Below are positions 61,276-64,000 of a DNA stretch of 64,000 nt, in pieces. How positions within the stretch are numbered: the first letter of the stretch is position 1; every line of letters starts with the position of its first letter. The DNA is from Camelus ferus (taxonomy: Eukaryota), in assembly GCF_009834535.1 (NCBI RefSeq), contig NC_045701.1:13206001-13270000 (forward strand). Reading direction: 5' to 3'. The notes under the pieces were generated by a model that saw nothing but the letters and a program-made list of their open reading frames with translations, searched no databases and was not told the DNA's origin. The position numbers were made by a program, and so were the translations under genes.

Positions 61276-63189
61276 TCCAATCCCTCCACAGGACCACTAA
61301 CTCTAAAGAGTGAATAATTTCCCATCTCCCTCCCCAACCTCTTTCCCTTTCCTTCCTGTTCAGACTGGCTTATGTAAGCACTTACTTGAAGAGTCTCAAT
61401 AACTTGTTATATAAACTTTCTCTCTTTTTTTAATGTCAGCATTTCAGTTGTGTGATATCAATGCCCCCATTCTTTATTTGATAGTGGCTACTTTGATGAC
61501 ACCTTAGTTGAATTCCACAATTATTCAGACCCTTTCAGTTATTTAAATATAATCCAAAACCATTTAAACCTTTGCCCTCATATCCAATTTAAAGCTCTAG
61601 TCGGTATAGGCTAGAACCATGACTCCAGGAGGAGGGAAGTGCATTTGTTTTCAAGGCCCATTCTCCCTCCTTGAGGCTCCAGCCCTGTGTTAGACCAGAA
61701 GAGACTGGAGAGACAGAAACCTTTGGTCTGCTCTGGCTCACAGGGTCAGGAATAGGTGAAGTAAGAGAGGCTCCAACCCTGCACTTGCCCAACCCTGAGA
61801 GGAAGGGCTTTCTTAAACTTGTATCCCAGGCACCTCCCTGGCCTCACCCTAGTCCCAATCCTGCTTAAGCCTGTTTCCATATGAGGCTAGAGCCTCTGCT
61901 TTATGCTGGTCTCCATTTAGGAGGTACACATGGTTGTCTACAGGCAGGGTCTGGCTTTTCTGGGGTACTCTCTCTCCTGAGGACCTCTGGAGGAACAGCA
62001 GTTCCTTTGGATCCCCATATTACAATTATACTCCCTGGTTAGGTGTCCCCTCACTTGGCTGGAAGCCCAACTGGGTAGCCCTATGACTCCTGCTTCCAAC
62101 TCCATCCTTCTGCATGTGGAGCCTTAGAAACCACTTATGTTTGTCTTATGTCCCCACCAAGGGCTACAAAGAACCTAATGAGGCAGCGGTTGCCCCCCTC
62201 TTCTTAACAAGCCCCTAAAACACAGGCCCTTTATGACCTGTTGATGTGAACTCCTCGAGCAGGCCCCTCACTTTTCCAATGCTCTGCACCGGACTCTAGG
62301 TGAAAACCAGTAAACTTCAGGGGGCATATATCAGGCTCTTGCCAAAACTCTCTCCACATTGTGTTTTGGCAGAAGTTTGCTGATCTTAGAAAATGCTTTG
62401 CCTGTGTCTAATTAGTTTTCATAAGCGAATATAGTTTCAGAAGCCAAGAAATCTGCTTTTTATAAACCTACAGTCAAAATCTGAGCTTTCACACCATTGC
62501 CATCACTAAAGCCACCACTGAGCATGCAAAACCTTCCTGATTCTACAGGCATCCAATCCTGCAGCAAGAAATGCTAGACGCCCACATCCTGACCTTGAGC
62601 TATTTGCCTGGCTGGGATATTTTTTTCCCACCATCCTTGGAAGCACTAAGCTATTTCTGAATCTGGTTTCTTTTCTTATTGCTTACCAGGCAATAATTCT
62701 CCAGGTTCCCCATATGTCCTAGAAACAGCCAGAAAGTCAAGAGGCATAAAAGTGGTACCAATGCAAAGTATCATCGGAGGCCTTCCAGAGCCATAGACAG
62801 CATCAGCTGCATAGGCTGGGATCTCAGCCATGCATTTCCATGACCCCAGTGAGACTTGTGTGTGTTGTCTCGAGCTCTGAAGTGATGGGAACCAGAATTA
62901 GAGGCCCTTGGTGTCTCCTGGTCCAACCTCCTGCCAGATATGATTGATATATGACCTCAGGGGCAGAGTGGAGTAGAGTACTCAGCTTCCTGGGAAGTCT
63001 CTCTGCAGAAGGCAAAGGTTTGCAGACTGTGATCCTCAGAGCCCTGGGGGCTAAAGACAGTGTTGGAAAGAGGTAGGGAAACAGCTTCTTCTTGATAAGT
63101 TTTGAATGTTGTATTTGAGTGACAATTTAATATGGAAAAAGGGTTCCAGTGCTTTAAAAATGAAAAGAGGATAGAGGTTTGGTCTCAGA

Positions 63190-63540
63190 AAAATGAATTC
63201 CACATCCTAACTATGTTCTTTACTAGTCATTGATTCTGAGCAAATTATTTAGTGCCTCCAGACTCAGTTCTTCATTTATAAAATAGGGGAAACAACACCT
63301 GTCCAATAATGTCCAAAATGGTAATTAGTATGAAATGTAGGAAAATGTTTATATTACTCGGAACTCAGAAGGGGCCTTCGCTTTACACTATCTCCTTTAA
63401 TCTTCGTGACAATCCTGTAATGTAGGTGACTTTGACCTTCATTTTGCATATTTAAAAAAAAGTTCAGAGATGTTCAGTAAGTTGTTTTCAGTCACAGTGA
63501 CTAATCCAAGATTTGCTCTCAATTCTGACTCTTCCTCCTC
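63190..63540. mobile_element. Two adjacent MIR fragments in opposite orientation
   Basis: Plus: ctgagcaaattatttagtgcctccagactcagttcttcatttataaaatagggg. Minus: cctttaatcttcgtgacaatcctgtaatgtagg...agttcagagatgttcagtaag. Confidence 0.7.
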
Positions 63541-63769
63541 CTAGGAACGGAAGACTTAGTTATACCTCAGACTTGAGGTGGTTTTTTTTTGTTTTTGTTT
63601 TTTTTAAACCTCAGGATAAAATGGATGCTCCGACTGTAGATGTTATCAAACCAGAGCTCTGGATCAGAACTTGGTCATGGACTCTAAGACTCCAAGCAGG
63701 GTCAAACAGATGGCTAGCATTTGGGGGTCAGTGCTGCCACTGTTATTCTTTCCACACCACTGGTCCCAC

Positions 63770-63985
63770 TACTGTCTACAGAAATGCTAAGGGCAATAAC
63801 AGCTGCTGTTCACTGAGCCCAAGGCACTGTACTCACTGGTTTACATATATTATCTCATCTAATTATCCCAACTCAGTTAATCCTTCAGCACTTCTATTAG
63901 GTAGGCATTGTTATTATTTCTCTTTTACAGTTAAGGAAAGTTATGCAATTTCCCAGGGTCCCATGGCTAGTCACATTGTGCATGC
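63770..63985 (-). mobile_element. MIR
   Basis: tattatctcatctaattatcccaac...ctattaggtaggcattgttattatttctcttttacagttaaggaaag. Confidence 0.8.
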
Positions 63986-64000
63986 CAATGCTGCTGCAGC

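Noticed and set aside
187-63015. ORF-track entries as protein-coding genes
   Set aside because: All are short, many start at non-ATG codons or lie in decayed repeats, and none gives a recognisable domain. This is the level expected by chance.
1-64000. CRISPR array, prokaryotic or viral insert, CpG island
   Set aside because: No repeat-spacer periodicity, no gene-dense or compositionally foreign segment, and uniform CpG depletion.

Overview
AT-rich, CpG-depleted eutherian (placental mammal) genomic DNA that looks intronic or intergenic. I cannot name the species or locus. No protein-coding gene, RNA gene, CpG island or CRISPR array can be supported from the visible bases, and the ORF track looks like noise plus ORFs running through Ns. 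The window is dominated by old, decayed transposons: many MIR and L2 pieces, L1M/L1ME fragments, solo LTRs (MER21-, MER31-, LTR33/16- and MLT1-type), hAT DNA elements (MER5A-, MER58-, Charlie4-, MER91-like) and one tRNA-Ile-headed MamSINE1-like SINE. I recognise no young lineage-specific SINE or LINE. Nine N-runs (140-332 bp, 1,819 bp total) hide sequence. The first has the flanks of a minus-strand terminal coding exon, but the rest do not fit one gene model. Best leads: that N-run, a 63-bp near-identical duplication 1.9 kb apart, two microexon-like cassettes, an E-box/GATA cluster, a SOX/POU-like element, and exon-like segments downstream of two LTRs. I found no convincing new biological system. 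Repeat family names come from recalled consensus sequences, not a search, and most repeat boundaries are approximate (tens of bp).
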